NCBI GenBank assembly: GCA_964479535.1
Contig: CAYZMM010000017.1
Location: 15,995-79,994, forward strand
Length of the DNA: 64,000 nucleotides
Direction: 5' to 3'
Origin: an uncultured Thermodesulfobacteriota bacterium
Lineage (GTDB): Bacteria > Desulfobacterota > DSWW01
The notes below the pieces were generated by a model. The model was not told the DNA's origin. It made no database searches and saw nothing but the letters and a program-made list of their open reading frames with translations. Position numbers and translations under genes: made by a program. Position 1 is the stretch's first letter. Each line of letters starts with the position of its first letter. This document shows, piece after piece, positions 37,319-47,613 of this stretch.

Positions 37319-39259
37319 ATGGGCAAGAAGAATCCGGCTTCAGTGGTCTTCTGGGCGTTGGTGCTCGTTTTTACCCTTTCGGCGGTCCATGCGGATGCCG
37401 GGAACCACCCCGGCTACACCAGCTACCCGAGCTACGAATGTGCTGGCGAGAAGATGGACGCCGCCGCGGACCGCTGTGACAAAGTCCTGAAGGCCTGGAG
37501 CATCTGGGCCCTTACCCAGTACTACCCGGAGTGGCTGGTCGACCGAGCCGATCGGTCCTTCGATGCGAGGTGGGCCGACGCCGAGTACGAGGCGGGTATG
37601 CAGGGCGTCGACTGCGCCGAAATGACGCTCTCCGCAGAGGAGATGAGGGCGCTGATGGATGGGGCCACCGACGAGATCGTCTCCCAGGTGACGGACGGCC
37701 TCGACCTGGGTTTCACCTGGGACGGTATTTGCGGCATGCGGGTTCTCAATTCCGCCGCAACCCTGTGCCGCAAGCTGCTTCGTGCGGAGAGCAAGTATAT
37801 CGAGGATCTCGCCAGGGATCCGGAGGGCGAGAAACTCGACCGGGAACAGGAAAGGGCCGGCAGGATCTTCGACCGTCAATGGGACCAGGCGACGCGAAGG
37901 CACTGCTCGATCCCGGCGACCCGGGAGGAAATCGAAGGAAAGCTCAATGCGCTGAACGACGACGTGGTGACCAACATCATTGTCTCCCCCCATGTTCCCG
38001 ACGACGCTTTCATGGCGATCACCCACCCGGCCGGCGGCGAGCTCGGCAATGAGGTCGTCTACGAAGGCAACACGCTGGTCCCGCAATGCCAGGACGGCTC
38101 GTCCTTCACCTTCTTCGCGAAGCGGGGCACCGTGAACAAGCTGCTGATGTACTACTACGGAGGGGGCGCGTGCTGGGACACTGCAACCTGCGTGTATGAG
38201 ACCTGCACCCAGACCGCGAACCCGACCCCGCCCGGCCTTGGCGGAAGCGGGTTCGGAGATCTTACCGACCCGGACAACCCGTTCAAAGACTGGCACGTTG
38301 TCCGCGTTCCGTACTGCAGCTGCGATATACACTTGGGGGACAACGCGGTCGACTACCCCGCGATTCCGGGGCTACTCCCGGGCAAGCATGTGCAGCATCG
38401 CGGCCACGACAACTCCAAGCTGGCGGAGAAATGGGCACGGGAGCACTTCCTGAACCCCACCGACATGTTCGTCACCGGTTCCAGCGCGGGATCTTACGGT
38501 GCGATGGTAAACGGACTGCACCTGAGCGAGGTCTTTGTGGCCACGAGCGTCAACGTGATGGGCGACGGGGGGAACGGCGTGGTCACCCAGGAATTCATGG
38601 ACAACAGTTTCACGAACTGGGGCGCATTGGTGAACCTGCCGCAGATACCCGGGCTCATCGGCGTGCCCGCATCGGAGATGTCGATCCCGCTCATTCTGAA
38701 ATCCGCAGCCAGCTACTATCCCGGCACAAACTGGTCCAACTACACCACCGCCTTTGACGGCGGGGGGGGAGGCCAGACCGGCTTCTTCAACGTGATGCTC
38801 AATCCTCTGGATCCGATCGGTGCCCGGGCGACCTGGTGGGAAGCCTCCTGCCTCTGGAACGAGATCATGCGCGAACAGGCCTATGACACCGCCGACACAA
38901 CGGCAATGGAGAACGACAACTACTGCTACTACATTTCCAGCGGCTCCAGGCACACAGGTTTCGGCACCCCCCGCGTCTACTACGACACCACGGGAGATGT
39001 GCCGACCCTGGTCGACTGGGCGAACTGGATGATCGATGACGACCCGAGATGGACCAACGTCGAGGCCGACCCGTTCAACGTTCTCTTCCCGGGTGAGTGC
39101 AGTTCGGACAGCTCCAATCCGGGCGAGACGTGCAATGTGAATGCCGATTGCCCGGGCGGTTCCTGCCTGGGCGACGATGTGAAGCCGGACCCCCTCCAGG
39201 ATCCCTTCGAAATGGTCGGATCCGGGCCGGACGCCCAAGTGGTGGTGAATTGCCCTTAA
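37319..39259 (+). CDS. Secreted pectin-acetylesterase/Notum-family (PAE-like) hydrolase with unknown N-terminal domain
   Basis: Signal peptide ending VHA-DA. LLMYYYGGGACWDTATC and the nucleophile motif VTGSSAGSYGA. Cys-rich C-terminal tail. Confidence 0.75.
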   Translation: MGKKNPASVVFWALVLVFTLSAVHADAGNHPGYTSYPSYECAGEKMDAAADRCDKVLKAWSIWALTQYYPEWLVDRADRSFDARWADAEYEAGMQGVDCAEMTLSAEEMRALMDGATDEIVSQVTDGLDLGFTWDGICGMRVLNSAATLCRKLLRAESKYIEDLARDPEGEKLDREQERAGRIFDRQWDQATRRHCSIPATREEIEGKLNALNDDVVTNIIVSPHVPDDAFMAITHPAGGELGNEVVYEGNTLVPQCQDGSSFTFFAKRGTVNKLLMYYYGGGACWDTATCVYETCTQTANPTPPGLGGSGFGDLTDPDNPFKDWHVVRVPYCSCDIHLGDNAVDYPAIPGLLPGKHVQHRGHDNSKLAEKWAREHFLNPTDMFVTGSSAGSYGAMVNGLHLSEVFVATSVNVMGDGGNGVVTQEFMDNSFTNWGALVNLPQIPGLIGVPASEMSIPLILKSAASYYPGTNWSNYTTAFDGGGGGQTGFFNVMLNPLDPIGARATWWEASCLWNEIMREQAYDTADTTAMENDNYCYYISSGSRHTGFGTPRVYYDTTGDVPTLVDWANWMIDDDPRWTNVEADPFNVLFPGECSSDSSNPGETCNVNADCPGGSCLGDDVKPDPLQDPFEMVGSGPDAQVVVNCP

Positions 39260-39284
39260 CCGCAGTCCCGTTTTCCCGTCAAGG

Positions 39285-39324
39285 GGCGTGGGCTCGCGTC
39301 CGCTCGGTACAGCGGGCTCACGCC
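39285..39324. terminator. Long GC hairpin between convergent genes (possible bidirectional terminator)
   Basis: GGCGTGGGCTCGC / GCGGGCTCACGCC (11/13 paired, 14-nt loop), followed by TCCTCTGTTTCG on the plus strand. Confidence 0.4.
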
Positions 39325-39364
39325 TCCTCTGTTTCGTGTAGTGAGGCCCGATGAAGGTAGAAGC

Positions 39365-41038
39365 TCAGCCCAGGACGGCCCCCCTGGCGGCGCTGCTGAC
39401 GAGCTTCCGGTACCGGTTCATGTAGCCCGGGGGCACCGGCTTCTGAATCGGCTGCCAGACCTTGCGGCGCTTCTCGAGTTCGTCGTCGGAGAGGTCCACC
39501 GAGATGGACCGGTTCGGGATGTCGATGGTGATCTCGTCCCCGTCTTCCAGCAGCCCGATCGGTCCGCCCACGTACGCCTCCGGGGAGACGTGTCCCACGC
39601 AGGGCCCGGAAGTGGCGCCCGAGAAACGTCCGTCCGTGATGAGCGCCACCCGGTCCAGGCCCGACATGACGAGCTGCAGGGTCACGGCGAGGATCTCGGG
39701 CATGCCCGGCCCGCCTTTCGGCCCTTCGTACCGGATCACGATCACGGTTCCCTCTTCGATCCTGCCTCCCTGGAGGGCATCGAGGGCCTCCTGCTCCCCG
39801 TTCATGACCAGCGCACGGCCCGTGAAGCTCATCATGGACGGGTCCACGGCGGATTGCTTGACCACGGCCCCCTCCGGGGCGAGGTTGCCGTACAGAATCA
39901 CGGTCGCCCCTTCGGGCAGGCGGGGCTTGTCGAGGGGCGGAATCACGCCCTCGTCCTCGACGCGGGCCTGGGAAACGATTTCCCCCAGTGTCTGTCCCGA
40001 GACGTTCAGGCAGTCCAGATCCAGCATGCCGCTGATCCGGCTCATCACGGCCGGCACCCCGCCGGCGCGGTACAGGTCCACGATCCCGTGCGGCCCGTTC
40101 GGGGCAATACCGAGGAGGGTGGGAATCTTCCGGTTCATCTCGTTGAACCGCTCCAGGGGCAGCTCGAACCCGATTTCGTTGGCCAGGGCGGGCAGGTGCA
40201 GCGTGGCGTTCGTGCTTCCGCCCACGGCCACGTCCACCATGACCGCGTTTTCGATCGCCCTCGGAGTCAGGATCTTTCCGGCGGTAAGCCCCTCCCGGAT
40301 CATCTGCACGACACGCCTGCCCGCGTCCCTGGCTCTCCGCAGGACCTCCTCGTGAAAGGCCGGGATCGCCGAGGTGCGCGGCAGGGCCATGCCGAGGGCC
40401 TCCATCAGGATCTGCCCCGTGTTCGCGGTCCCCATGATCTCACAGGCCCCGCACGTGGCCGGGGTGGCGGTCTGGATCTTCAAGTCGAGGGACGCGTAGT
40501 CCTTGGTGTTGATGCTGTCCTGCCCGCCGCTGCAGAACCGGATGTTCCAGGCGCAGGCCCCGCCCGGAATGCAGACCGTGGGGAGGTCCAGCCGCGCGGC
40601 CGCCATGAGCATGGCCGGGTTGATCTTGTCGCAGGAGCTCAGGGTGACCAGGCCGTCGAAGAGCTGGGACCGAACATACGTCTCGACCGCGTCCGCGATG
40701 ATCTCCCGCTGTGCCAGGATGAAGCGCATGCCGTCGTTTCCGTTCGCCGGCCCGTCGCAGGGCGCAGGCACGCCGAACTCGAAAGGGATGCCCCCGGCGG
40801 ACCAGATTCCTTCCTTCACGCGCTCGGCCACGGCCCGAAGATGCGTGTGTCCCGGGTTGAACTCGGTGTGGGAATTCGCAACGGCGATGATCGGCTTGCC
40901 CCGCATCTCTTCCGGGTCGATCCCCAGCCCCTGGAGGATCGATCTTCTCGCGATCCCCACGAACAACCCGTGATCCTCGAAAACATCCCGGCTCTTGTGC
41001 TTCATCACGGCCACATTCTCTTTGTCCTGGTCGGTCAT
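39365..41038 (-). CDS. ilvD: Dihydroxy-acid dehydratase
   Basis: Colinear IlvD motifs (PIIAVANSHTEFNPGH, CDKINPAM, GGSTNA). Confidence 0.97.
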   Translation of the reverse strand: MTDQDKENVAVMKHKSRDVFEDHGLFVGIARRSILQGLGIDPEEMRGKPIIAVANSHTEFNPGHTHLRAVAERVKEGIWSAGGIPFEFGVPAPCDGPANGNDGMRFILAQREIIADAVETYVRSQLFDGLVTLSSCDKINPAMLMAAARLDLPTVCIPGGACAWNIRFCSGGQDSINTKDYASLDLKIQTATPATCGACEIMGTANTGQILMEALGMALPRTSAIPAFHEEVLRRARDAGRRVVQMIREGLTAGKILTPRAIENAVMVDVAVGGSTNATLHLPALANEIGFELPLERFNEMNRKIPTLLGIAPNGPHGIVDLYRAGGVPAVMSRISGMLDLDCLNVSGQTLGEIVSQARVEDEGVIPPLDKPRLPEGATVILYGNLAPEGAVVKQSAVDPSMMSFTGRALVMNGEQEALDALQGGRIEEGTVIVIRYEGPKGGPGMPEILAVTLQLVMSGLDRVALITDGRFSGATSGPCVGHVSPEAYVGGPIGLLEDGDEITIDIPNRSISVDLSDDELEKRRKVWQPIQKPVPPGYMNRYRKLVSSAARGAVLG

Positions 41039-41075
41039 GACTCTCCCCCTCGTGGTTTCTTCACTAGGAATCGTC

Positions 41076-41822
41076 TTACACTTTGCCCTTCAGGTAGCGC
41101 TGCCGCTTCGGCTCGGGGAAGCGCTCGATGGCGTAGCGAAGCATGGTCCGGGGCATCTTTGCGTAGTGCTTCTTCAAGAACTCCTCTTCCACGGCCATGT
41201 CCCGCTTTCCCACCTCCCGAAGCATCCATCCGACCGCCTTCTGAATCAGGTCCTCCTCGTCCGAGAGCAGCACCCACGCGATCTTCAGGGTCTCGGCGAA
41301 TTCGTTTCGCTTGATGTCGTGAAAGGTCGCCATGACGGCGACGCGCCGTTCCCAGAGAACCCTCGACCGGGCCAGTCTGTAGAGCGGCTTCTTGTCTCTC
41401 TCCTTCAGATAGGCCCCGACCACGTGCTCGGCCGAAGCGTCCACGAGATCCCAGTTGTCGATGTAGCGGAGATGGGCCATGTAGAGATCGTAGATGCGTT
41501 TCTGGACCTTCGGATCCGCCTTCGGCAAGTTGCCGACCAGGATCAGGAGCGCCAGGAGCCGCTCTTCGTGGATCTCGGACCGGATCAGCTTCCGGACCTC
41601 TGTCAGGGAAAGCGCCTGGAACTCCCTTGCGAGCTTACGGAGCTCGGGGACCCGCACGCCGATGAACACGTCCCCCTCCCCGTACTCCCCGGGACCGGTC
41701 TTGAAGAAGCGCCGGGCAGTTTCCGCCTTCTCCCTGCTGGCGAGCTTCCTCAGCCGTTTCTGAGCGTCCCCGGCCTTCACGGAACCCTCTCTCCCCGTCG
41801 CTGTTCCGAAGGCAGGATACAC
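41076..41822 (-). CDS. DNA alkylation repair protein (AlkD-like HEAT repeat)
   Basis: FFKTGPGEYGEGDVFIGVRVPELR, NWDLVD and AVGWMLRE motifs. The exact start is uncertain. Confidence 0.8.
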   Translation of the reverse strand: MYPAFGTATGREGSVKAGDAQKRLRKLASREKAETARRFFKTGPGEYGEGDVFIGVRVPELRKLAREFQALSLTEVRKLIRSEIHEERLLALLILVGNLPKADPKVQKRIYDLYMAHLRYIDNWDLVDASAEHVVGAYLKERDKKPLYRLARSRVLWERRVAVMATFHDIKRNEFAETLKIAWVLLSDEEDLIQKAVGWMLREVGKRDMAVEEEFLKKHYAKMPRTMLRYAIERFPEPKRQRYLKGKV

Positions 41823-42109
41823 AGGTGGCCCGATGGGTGTCCAGCCTGCGGCTTTCTTGACATCACCTTCCGACCCCGATAACGTTGACTTCTACCCCTG
41901 TCGCTGTCGTTCATCCACCCTTCAGATGCGAGCGGATTTCTCGCTGCCAGAAGCACAAGAACCATAAACGGACGGACCGGGTTTACTCGAAAGAATCCAT
42001 GTGACTCAATGAAGAGTCCATAGCGGCCTGTGCTGCCACCGGTTCCTGGCTTTCATGAAACAGGACGATCCCTGGAGAAAGAACGAGTGGCCCAGAAAGG
42101 AGAAATCAC

Positions 42110-43915
42110 GTGGCAGACAAATACGTGAGCATGCGAAATCTTCGGTTCCTGCTCTACGAGGTCCTGGACGTGGAGGCCATTACGCAATACCCGTATTTCG
42201 CGGACCACAGCAAGGAGATCTTCGAGATGGTCCTGGACACGGGCGAGAAGATGGGCCGGGACCTGCTCCACCCCTGTTTCGTGGAAATGGACCGTAACCC
42301 GCCGGAATACGTGGACGGCAAGGTGAAGGTCCTGCCCATCGTCAGGACCCTGATGAGGGAGTGCGGCGAGGGCGGCTGGATCGGAGCCTTCTCCTCCTAC
42401 GAACGGGGCGGGCAGCAGATGCCCATGCAGGTCATGAACGCCTTCCGGTTCATCTTCTGTGCCGCCAACTATTCCGGCAGCGTGTTCCCCTTCCTGACCG
42501 GCGGCGCGGCCCACCTGATCGAGAGCTTCGGTTCCGAGGAACTGATCGAAACCTACGTGCCCAGGATGTTCGCGGGCGAGTGGCAGGGCACCATGGCCCT
42601 TACCGAGCCCCAGGCGGGCAGCTCCCTCACGGATCTGACGACCACGGCCGAACCGACGGACGAGGGATACTACAAGATCAAGGGACAGAAGATCTTCATC
42701 TCGGCGGCGGATCACGACGGCGTGGACAACGTGGTCAACCTGCTCCTGGCGAGGATTCCCGGGGCGCCTCCGGGGGTGAAGGGGATCTCCATGTTCGTGG
42801 TGCCCCAGAAGCGGATCGGTGCGAACGGAGAGCTCGAGGACAACGACCTCGCCACCACCGGCATCTACCACAAGATGGGCTACCGGGGCTCACCCATCAC
42901 CCAGCTCAGCATGGGCGAGAGCGACGACTGCCGCGGCTGGCTCGTGGGGGAACCCCACCAGGGGCTCCGCTACATGTTCCAGCTCATGAACGAGGCGAGA
43001 ATCGACGTGGGCATGAGCGCTGCGGCCATCGCCTCGGCCGCCTACTACGCCTCCCTCCAGTACACCCAGGAACGGCCCCAGGGTCGCCCCGTCACGTCCA
43101 AGGACCCGACCACCCCCCAGGTGCCGATCATCGAGCACGCGGACGTGAAGCGCATGCTCCTGTTCCAGCGAGCCGTCGTCGAGGGATCCATGGGTCTCAT
43201 CTTCCAGTGCGCCAAGTACGTGGACCTGGCCCGCGTGCTCGACGGAGAGGAAAAGGAACGCTGCGAGCTGCTCCTCGACCTGCTCACCCCCATCGCGAAG
43301 AGCTACCCCTCCGAGATGGGGAGCCTCTCCGTGAGTGCCGGCCTCCAGTGCCTGGGCGGCTACGGTTACTGCGACGAGTTCCCGATCGAGCAGCACTATC
43401 GCGACATGCGCATTCACCCGATCCACGAGGGCACCACCGGGATCCAGGGCATGGACCTGCTCGGCCGGAAGGTCGTCATGAAGGGCGGCAAGGCCTTCAT
43501 GCTCTACCTTCAGGAACTGGAGCAGACGATCGAGGAGGCCCGGGCCATCGAACCCCTGGCAAAACACGCGGACGCCCTGGAAAGAGCCGTCGGAACGCTC
43601 AAGGAAGTGACCACCCACCTCACCGGCATCGCCGGACAGGGCAAGATCGATCTCTTCCTGGCGGATGCAACTCTCTATCTCGAATTCTTCGGGATCATCG
43701 CCATTGCCTGGCAGTGGCTCGTGCAGGCGATCAAGGCCCAGCGTGCGCTCGAGAAAGGCCCGATCGAGTCGGAGAAGGATTTCTACACGGGAAAGCTCTA
43801 CACGTGCCGCTTCTTCTTCGCCTACGAGCTGCCGAAGATCGAGGGCCTTGCAACACGGCTCAAGGACAGCGACGGCCTGACATTGGAGATGAAGGAGACG
43901 TACTTCTCGGATTAG
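42110..43915 (+). CDS. Long-form acyl-CoA dehydrogenase
   Basis: GTG start after AAGGAG. MALTEPQAGSSL and IHEGTTGIQ motifs, with a C-terminal extension domain. Confidence 0.9.
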   Translation: MADKYVSMRNLRFLLYEVLDVEAITQYPYFADHSKEIFEMVLDTGEKMGRDLLHPCFVEMDRNPPEYVDGKVKVLPIVRTLMRECGEGGWIGAFSSYERGGQQMPMQVMNAFRFIFCAANYSGSVFPFLTGGAAHLIESFGSEELIETYVPRMFAGEWQGTMALTEPQAGSSLTDLTTTAEPTDEGYYKIKGQKIFISAADHDGVDNVVNLLLARIPGAPPGVKGISMFVVPQKRIGANGELEDNDLATTGIYHKMGYRGSPITQLSMGESDDCRGWLVGEPHQGLRYMFQLMNEARIDVGMSAAAIASAAYYASLQYTQERPQGRPVTSKDPTTPQVPIIEHADVKRMLLFQRAVVEGSMGLIFQCAKYVDLARVLDGEEKERCELLLDLLTPIAKSYPSEMGSLSVSAGLQCLGGYGYCDEFPIEQHYRDMRIHPIHEGTTGIQGMDLLGRKVVMKGGKAFMLYLQELEQTIEEARAIEPLAKHADALERAVGTLKEVTTHLTGIAGQGKIDLFLADATLYLEFFGIIAIAWQWLVQAIKAQRALEKGPIESEKDFYTGKLYTCRFFFAYELPKIEGLATRLKDSDGLTLEMKETYFSD

Positions 43916-43952
43916 GAGTGAAGCCATTGCATCAGCAGCCTCTGACCGGACC

Positions 43953-44918
43953 ATGAGAGCGGCTTTCCCGACGGTGGCCGTTCTGATGCTCGTCCTCACG
44001 GCCGGATGCGCAGCACGGCAGGCTCGGCCGAACACGGAATCGCCGTATCGGGATCCGGCGACCCTGGAGAAGGGGCAGATCCTACATCTGCCGACCGGGA
44101 CCATCGTCTCGGAGCAGGAACTCCTCGCGTACCTGCATCCCCTCCGGGTCATCTATGTGGGCGAAACCCACGACAGCCTGGACGACCATGCCGTACAACT
44201 CACCCTGATCAAAGGCCTTCACGAGAGAGCACCCGGGCGCCTGGCCCTGGGACTCGAAATGCTGCCCCGGAGCACCCAGGCCGACCTGGACGCATACATC
44301 CGTGGAGAAATGGACGAAGCTTCGTTCCGGAAGGTGTGGACCCTGTACTGGGGGCACACCTTTCCGTACTACGAGCAGATCCTCGGCTATGCCCGCAGAC
44401 ACCGCATCACGACGCTGGCTCTGAACACGGACGAAGACCTGAAGAAGGCGGTCCGGGAAGCCCCGGTCGACCGGATCGAGGACGGGGTTGCGGATCGCCT
44501 GCCCGAGATGGACCTCGACGATCCCTACCACCGGGCTGCAACCGAAGCGATCTTCGAGGCCCACCAAATGGGACCGAAGAACACGGAAGCGTTCTATCGC
44601 GTCCAGGTTCTCTGGGACGAATTCATGGCCGAGACGGCAGCGAATTACCTCGCGAGCCCGGAAGGCCGCGGGAAGCAGCTCGTCATCCTCGCCGGAGGGA
44701 ACCACGTCCGCTACGGCTACGGGATCCCCAGGAGGCTCTTCCGAAGGATCTCCCTTCCCTATGCCATCGTGCTGCCCACGGCCCTTGAAATACCGGAGAA
44801 CAAGCAGGACCGGTTGATGGATGTGGAGGCCCCGGCTCTGCCCATGCCGCCGGCCGACTTCATCTGGGCGGTGGGCTACACATCCCTCGAGGATCTGAAC
44901 CACACCCCGAATCCGTGA
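43953..44918 (+). CDS. ChaN-family lipoprotein
   Basis: Lipobox LTAGC. IYVGETHDS and a WDEFMAE-like ChaN pattern. Confidence 0.8.
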   Translation: MRAAFPTVAVLMLVLTAGCAARQARPNTESPYRDPATLEKGQILHLPTGTIVSEQELLAYLHPLRVIYVGETHDSLDDHAVQLTLIKGLHERAPGRLALGLEMLPRSTQADLDAYIRGEMDEASFRKVWTLYWGHTFPYYEQILGYARRHRITTLALNTDEDLKKAVREAPVDRIEDGVADRLPEMDLDDPYHRAATEAIFEAHQMGPKNTEAFYRVQVLWDEFMAETAANYLASPEGRGKQLVILAGGNHVRYGYGIPRRLFRRISLPYAIVLPTALEIPENKQDRLMDVEAPALPMPPADFIWAVGYTSLEDLNHTPNP

Positions 44919-45039
44919 TGGTTCCGGCGCAAAATGCAACAAAAGCAAGCCATTCCTGTACGTCTTCTATTGACAATCGGGCCCCTTTCGTCCCTAAATC
45001 ATGAGGAAGACCGGACGAACCCAGGAAAAGGAGACGGAC

Positions 45040-45300
45040 ATGCCGGACAAGGTTGCGAGGCTAGCCTTCACCGAGAAGACCCTGCAGCGATGGAGGATGA
45101 TTCAGATCATCTCCCTTCTCCCCCTGTCTGTATCGGTGGTCCTCATGCTTTACTTCAAGGGGTCCATGCTGGGGACCATCGTGTTCTTCCTGGTCCTGAT
45201 CGTGGGGGTCGTCCTGCCGCAGATCTGCCGGAACGTGATCGAGTCCCACCTCATTCTTCTGGAAGAGATCGAGAAGCTTCGCGGCGAGCTGTCCAAATAG
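45040..45300 (+). CDS. Small two-TM hypothetical protein
   Basis: RBS AAGGAGA before the ATG at 45040. Two hydrophobic helices and a coiled C-terminus. Confidence 0.45.
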   Translation: MPDKVARLAFTEKTLQRWRMIQIISLLPLSVSVVLMLYFKGSMLGTIVFFLVLIVGVVLPQICRNVIESHLILLEEIEKLRGELSK

Positions 45301-45305
45301 CGCAT

Positions 45306-46001
45306 TCAGACGGCGTAGGTCTTCAGAAGGTACGCCTTGATGTCCGCGGACTCGAACATCTCCGTCCCGGTGTTCGGGTCCACGAGATAGGGCACCATCA
45401 TCTTCCCGGACCGCTCGACAAAGGCGGCTCGGCTCTGGCTTTCCTTGCCCACATTGTGGAGGAGGTAGGGGATCTCGAGGCTGGAGAGGGTCTCCCGGGC
45501 GATCCGGCAGTAGGGTGACGCCTCGAAGCTGTAGAGCTCGAGCGGCTCGTCCGGCTTACGGGAGGGGATGTATCGCAAACCCCTGGTTCCCCGCAGAGGA
45601 AAGCCCAGCGAAGAAGTCAACATGTACAACGGTCCGCCCCCATAGAGGAAGGGGACCGGGCCCGCGCCATACTGGTCGAAGAGATACCGCACGATATCAT
45701 CCGATTCGTACATGCTCTGTCCTGTGTTCGGGTCTTTCAGATAGGGGAACTGGGTCTTCCCCCCTTCTTCTCCGACCTTCGGCCGGTAGGTGGGCCCGCC
45801 TTTCGGGCACGGGTAGACCATGGCCTCCAGATCCAGACAGGTGAGCGCCTCCCTGACCTTTCGGCAGAAGGGGCAGGCCTCGAACTCATAGAGCTCGAGC
45901 GGTTTCCGGGGGCGGTCGCCCAGGGCGCCGACCTTCATTCCGGCACCCAGCCTGACCACAGAAAGTGCATAGGATCCGGCCAAGTCGATCGCTCTCTGCA
46001 T
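45306..46001 (-). CDS. Tandem glutaredoxin/GST-N-like domain protein
   Basis: Two repeats: LELYEFEACPFCRKVRE...FPYLKDPNTG and LELYSFEASPYCRIARE...VPYLVDPNTG. Confidence 0.75.
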   Translation of the reverse strand: MQRAIDLAGSYALSVVRLGAGMKVGALGDRPRKPLELYEFEACPFCRKVREALTCLDLEAMVYPCPKGGPTYRPKVGEEGGKTQFPYLKDPNTGQSMYESDDIVRYLFDQYGAGPVPFLYGGGPLYMLTSSLGFPLRGTRGLRYIPSRKPDEPLELYSFEASPYCRIARETLSSLEIPYLLHNVGKESQSRAAFVERSGKMMVPYLVDPNTGTEMFESADIKAYLLKTYAV

Positions 46002-46093
46002 AACGGTCCTCCCTCTTCTCCAAAAGGCGCCATCAGAAGCTCACTGAACAAGATGCACGCATGGGAAAAGGAGGTTCTCAAAAAAGGCGGGTT

Positions 46094-46804
46094 CTATTCG
46101 AGCGTCCGTTCCAGCCGCCTCAGGTTGGCCTTCAGGCGTCCATCGTACGGCCGGATCTCCAGGGCCTTCAACCACTCCGCGCGGGCTCCCCTCAGGTCTT
46201 TTTCGCCGAGACGTGTGAAGCCCTCGTCCACATGGTGGTGGAACGCATCCGAAGCTGCTTCGGGAGATTGCATCTCCGCTTCGGCTCCGGCGGCCTCCCC
46301 GGATGGCCCTTCAACAGGCGGGGCACCCTCGGGCTCCTTGTAGGCCTCGCCAGGCGTGAGGGGCAAGGAGAGCTTCTCTTCCGAAGGCGGCTCCGAAGGT
46401 TCCCGCCCTTCGGGAACCTCCCTGCTCTCGGCGACTTCGAGCAGAAAAGAAGGGAAGTCCTTCGGGTTGAAGGGCTTCTCCAGAAACAAGGCGGAAGGGG
46501 AGAGCCTGCCTGCAGGCAGGCTCTCCAGGGGCAGGGACTCCCCGACGACGATCCACTTCCAGGTCCCACCTTCGAAGGCCTCGTCTCCGGCCAGATGGCG
46601 GGCCGCATTCCACGCAAGCTCCCACCCGTCCACCACGATCACGTGGACCGATTCCCGGTCGCAGATCTCCTTGGCGGCAGCCGGATCGTTCACACAGTCG
46701 ATGGTGATCCGATCTTCCAGATGGGCGAGCGTCCGGGTCAACTGCCAGAGCAGTCGATGGTCGAGCCCCAGAAAGAGGATGTGTATCTTTTCCCGCTCTT
46801 CCAC
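46094..46804 (-). CDS. Atypical receiver-like domain protein with acidic/Pro-rich linker and TPR-like C-terminus
   Basis: REC-like strands ILFLGLD, VIVVDGWE and LEKPF, but the acidic pocket is degenerate. The C-terminus (GEKDLRGARAEWLKALEIRP) is TPR-like. Confidence 0.6.
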   Translation of the reverse strand: MEEREKIHILFLGLDHRLLWQLTRTLAHLEDRITIDCVNDPAAAKEICDRESVHVIVVDGWELAWNAARHLAGDEAFEGGTWKWIVVGESLPLESLPAGRLSPSALFLEKPFNPKDFPSFLLEVAESREVPEGREPSEPPSEEKLSLPLTPGEAYKEPEGAPPVEGPSGEAAGAEAEMQSPEAASDAFHHHVDEGFTRLGEKDLRGARAEWLKALEIRPYDGRLKANLRRLERTLE

Positions 46805-46813
46805 GGAAAACCC

Positions 46814-47578
46814 CTAGGCGCCTCCACCACGAGCCGGCTGCCTGCTCTGGCGGTAGAGGATCCAGATGAAAAGTGAACTGAGGACGACAACCGGCAACGT
46901 GAGGCGGACGAACCCCTTTCGCTTCACCTCCAGAAGGTTTTCCTGAGCCTCCTCCAGGATCCCCCCGGACAGCCGGATCCTTTCCTCCGGCACCGGAAGC
47001 ACGCACACCAGGTCCCGCCCCACCGGCTCCACCGAAAGGAACCAGGTTCGCTTGCGCGGCGGATGCGCAGAATCCCCGGTGTCGATGGAAAAATAACCGC
47101 TTCTCAGGCCGTCCTCGTCCATTCGCTTCAGCGTTCGCAGGAAGGCCTCTCTGCCGACCGGTTCGCCCAGGAACTCGGCCGACTCGAAGGGCGGCTCGGA
47201 GGGGTACAGGATGACGGGTCCGGCCCGCTCCACCAGAATCGGGAGTTCTTCCGGCCCGAAATAAAGATCCAAGGCCTCCCGGGCCTCGTCGGAAAGCCCG
47301 CCGGCACTGCCCTCTTCGGCTTCCCGGACCCGCGGGTCCTCCAGCAGGGTCATGAACCGGGCGGCCCCCTCGAGTCTGGATCGAATCGAGTCCTTGTAAA
47401 GGTGCATTCCGTAGAACCGCGGCAGAGCCTCCAACTCGTTCTGGAGGCTCTGCAAGGTCGCATAAGAGTAGAACCACAGCGCCCACAAAGGAAGTATCGT
47501 CACAAGGAGCGCGGCTGTTGAGAAAAACCTCGGGCTGAACCCTCCCATGCGTTCCAAGATCTTCAACGCCACCCCCAT
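46814..47578 (-). CDS. Membrane protein with two TMs flanking a periplasmic domain (hypothetical sensor-like)
   Basis: TMs TAALLVTILPLWALWFY and LTLPVVVLSSLFIWILY. Start chosen at MGVALK, 36 nt after the kinase stop. Confidence 0.55.
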   Translation of the reverse strand: MGVALKILERMGGFSPRFFSTAALLVTILPLWALWFYSYATLQSLQNELEALPRFYGMHLYKDSIRSRLEGAARFMTLLEDPRVREAEEGSAGGLSDEAREALDLYFGPEELPILVERAGPVILYPSEPPFESAEFLGEPVGREAFLRTLKRMDEDGLRSGYFSIDTGDSAHPPRKRTWFLSVEPVGRDLVCVLPVPEERIRLSGGILEEAQENLLEVKRKGFVRLTLPVVVLSSLFIWILYRQSRQPARGGGA

Positions 47579-47613
47579 GCTCCAGCCGGCAGGGCCGTGC
47601 GGTTCGATACCTC

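Noticed and set aside
39341-41314. 657-aa plus-strand ORF
   Set aside because: It is the antisense shadow of ilvD.
44970-44999. TTGACA-N18-CTAAAT upstream of the small ORF at 45040
   Set aside because: The -35 element is perfect, but the -10 is poor (3/6) and the spacer is long. There is too little support.
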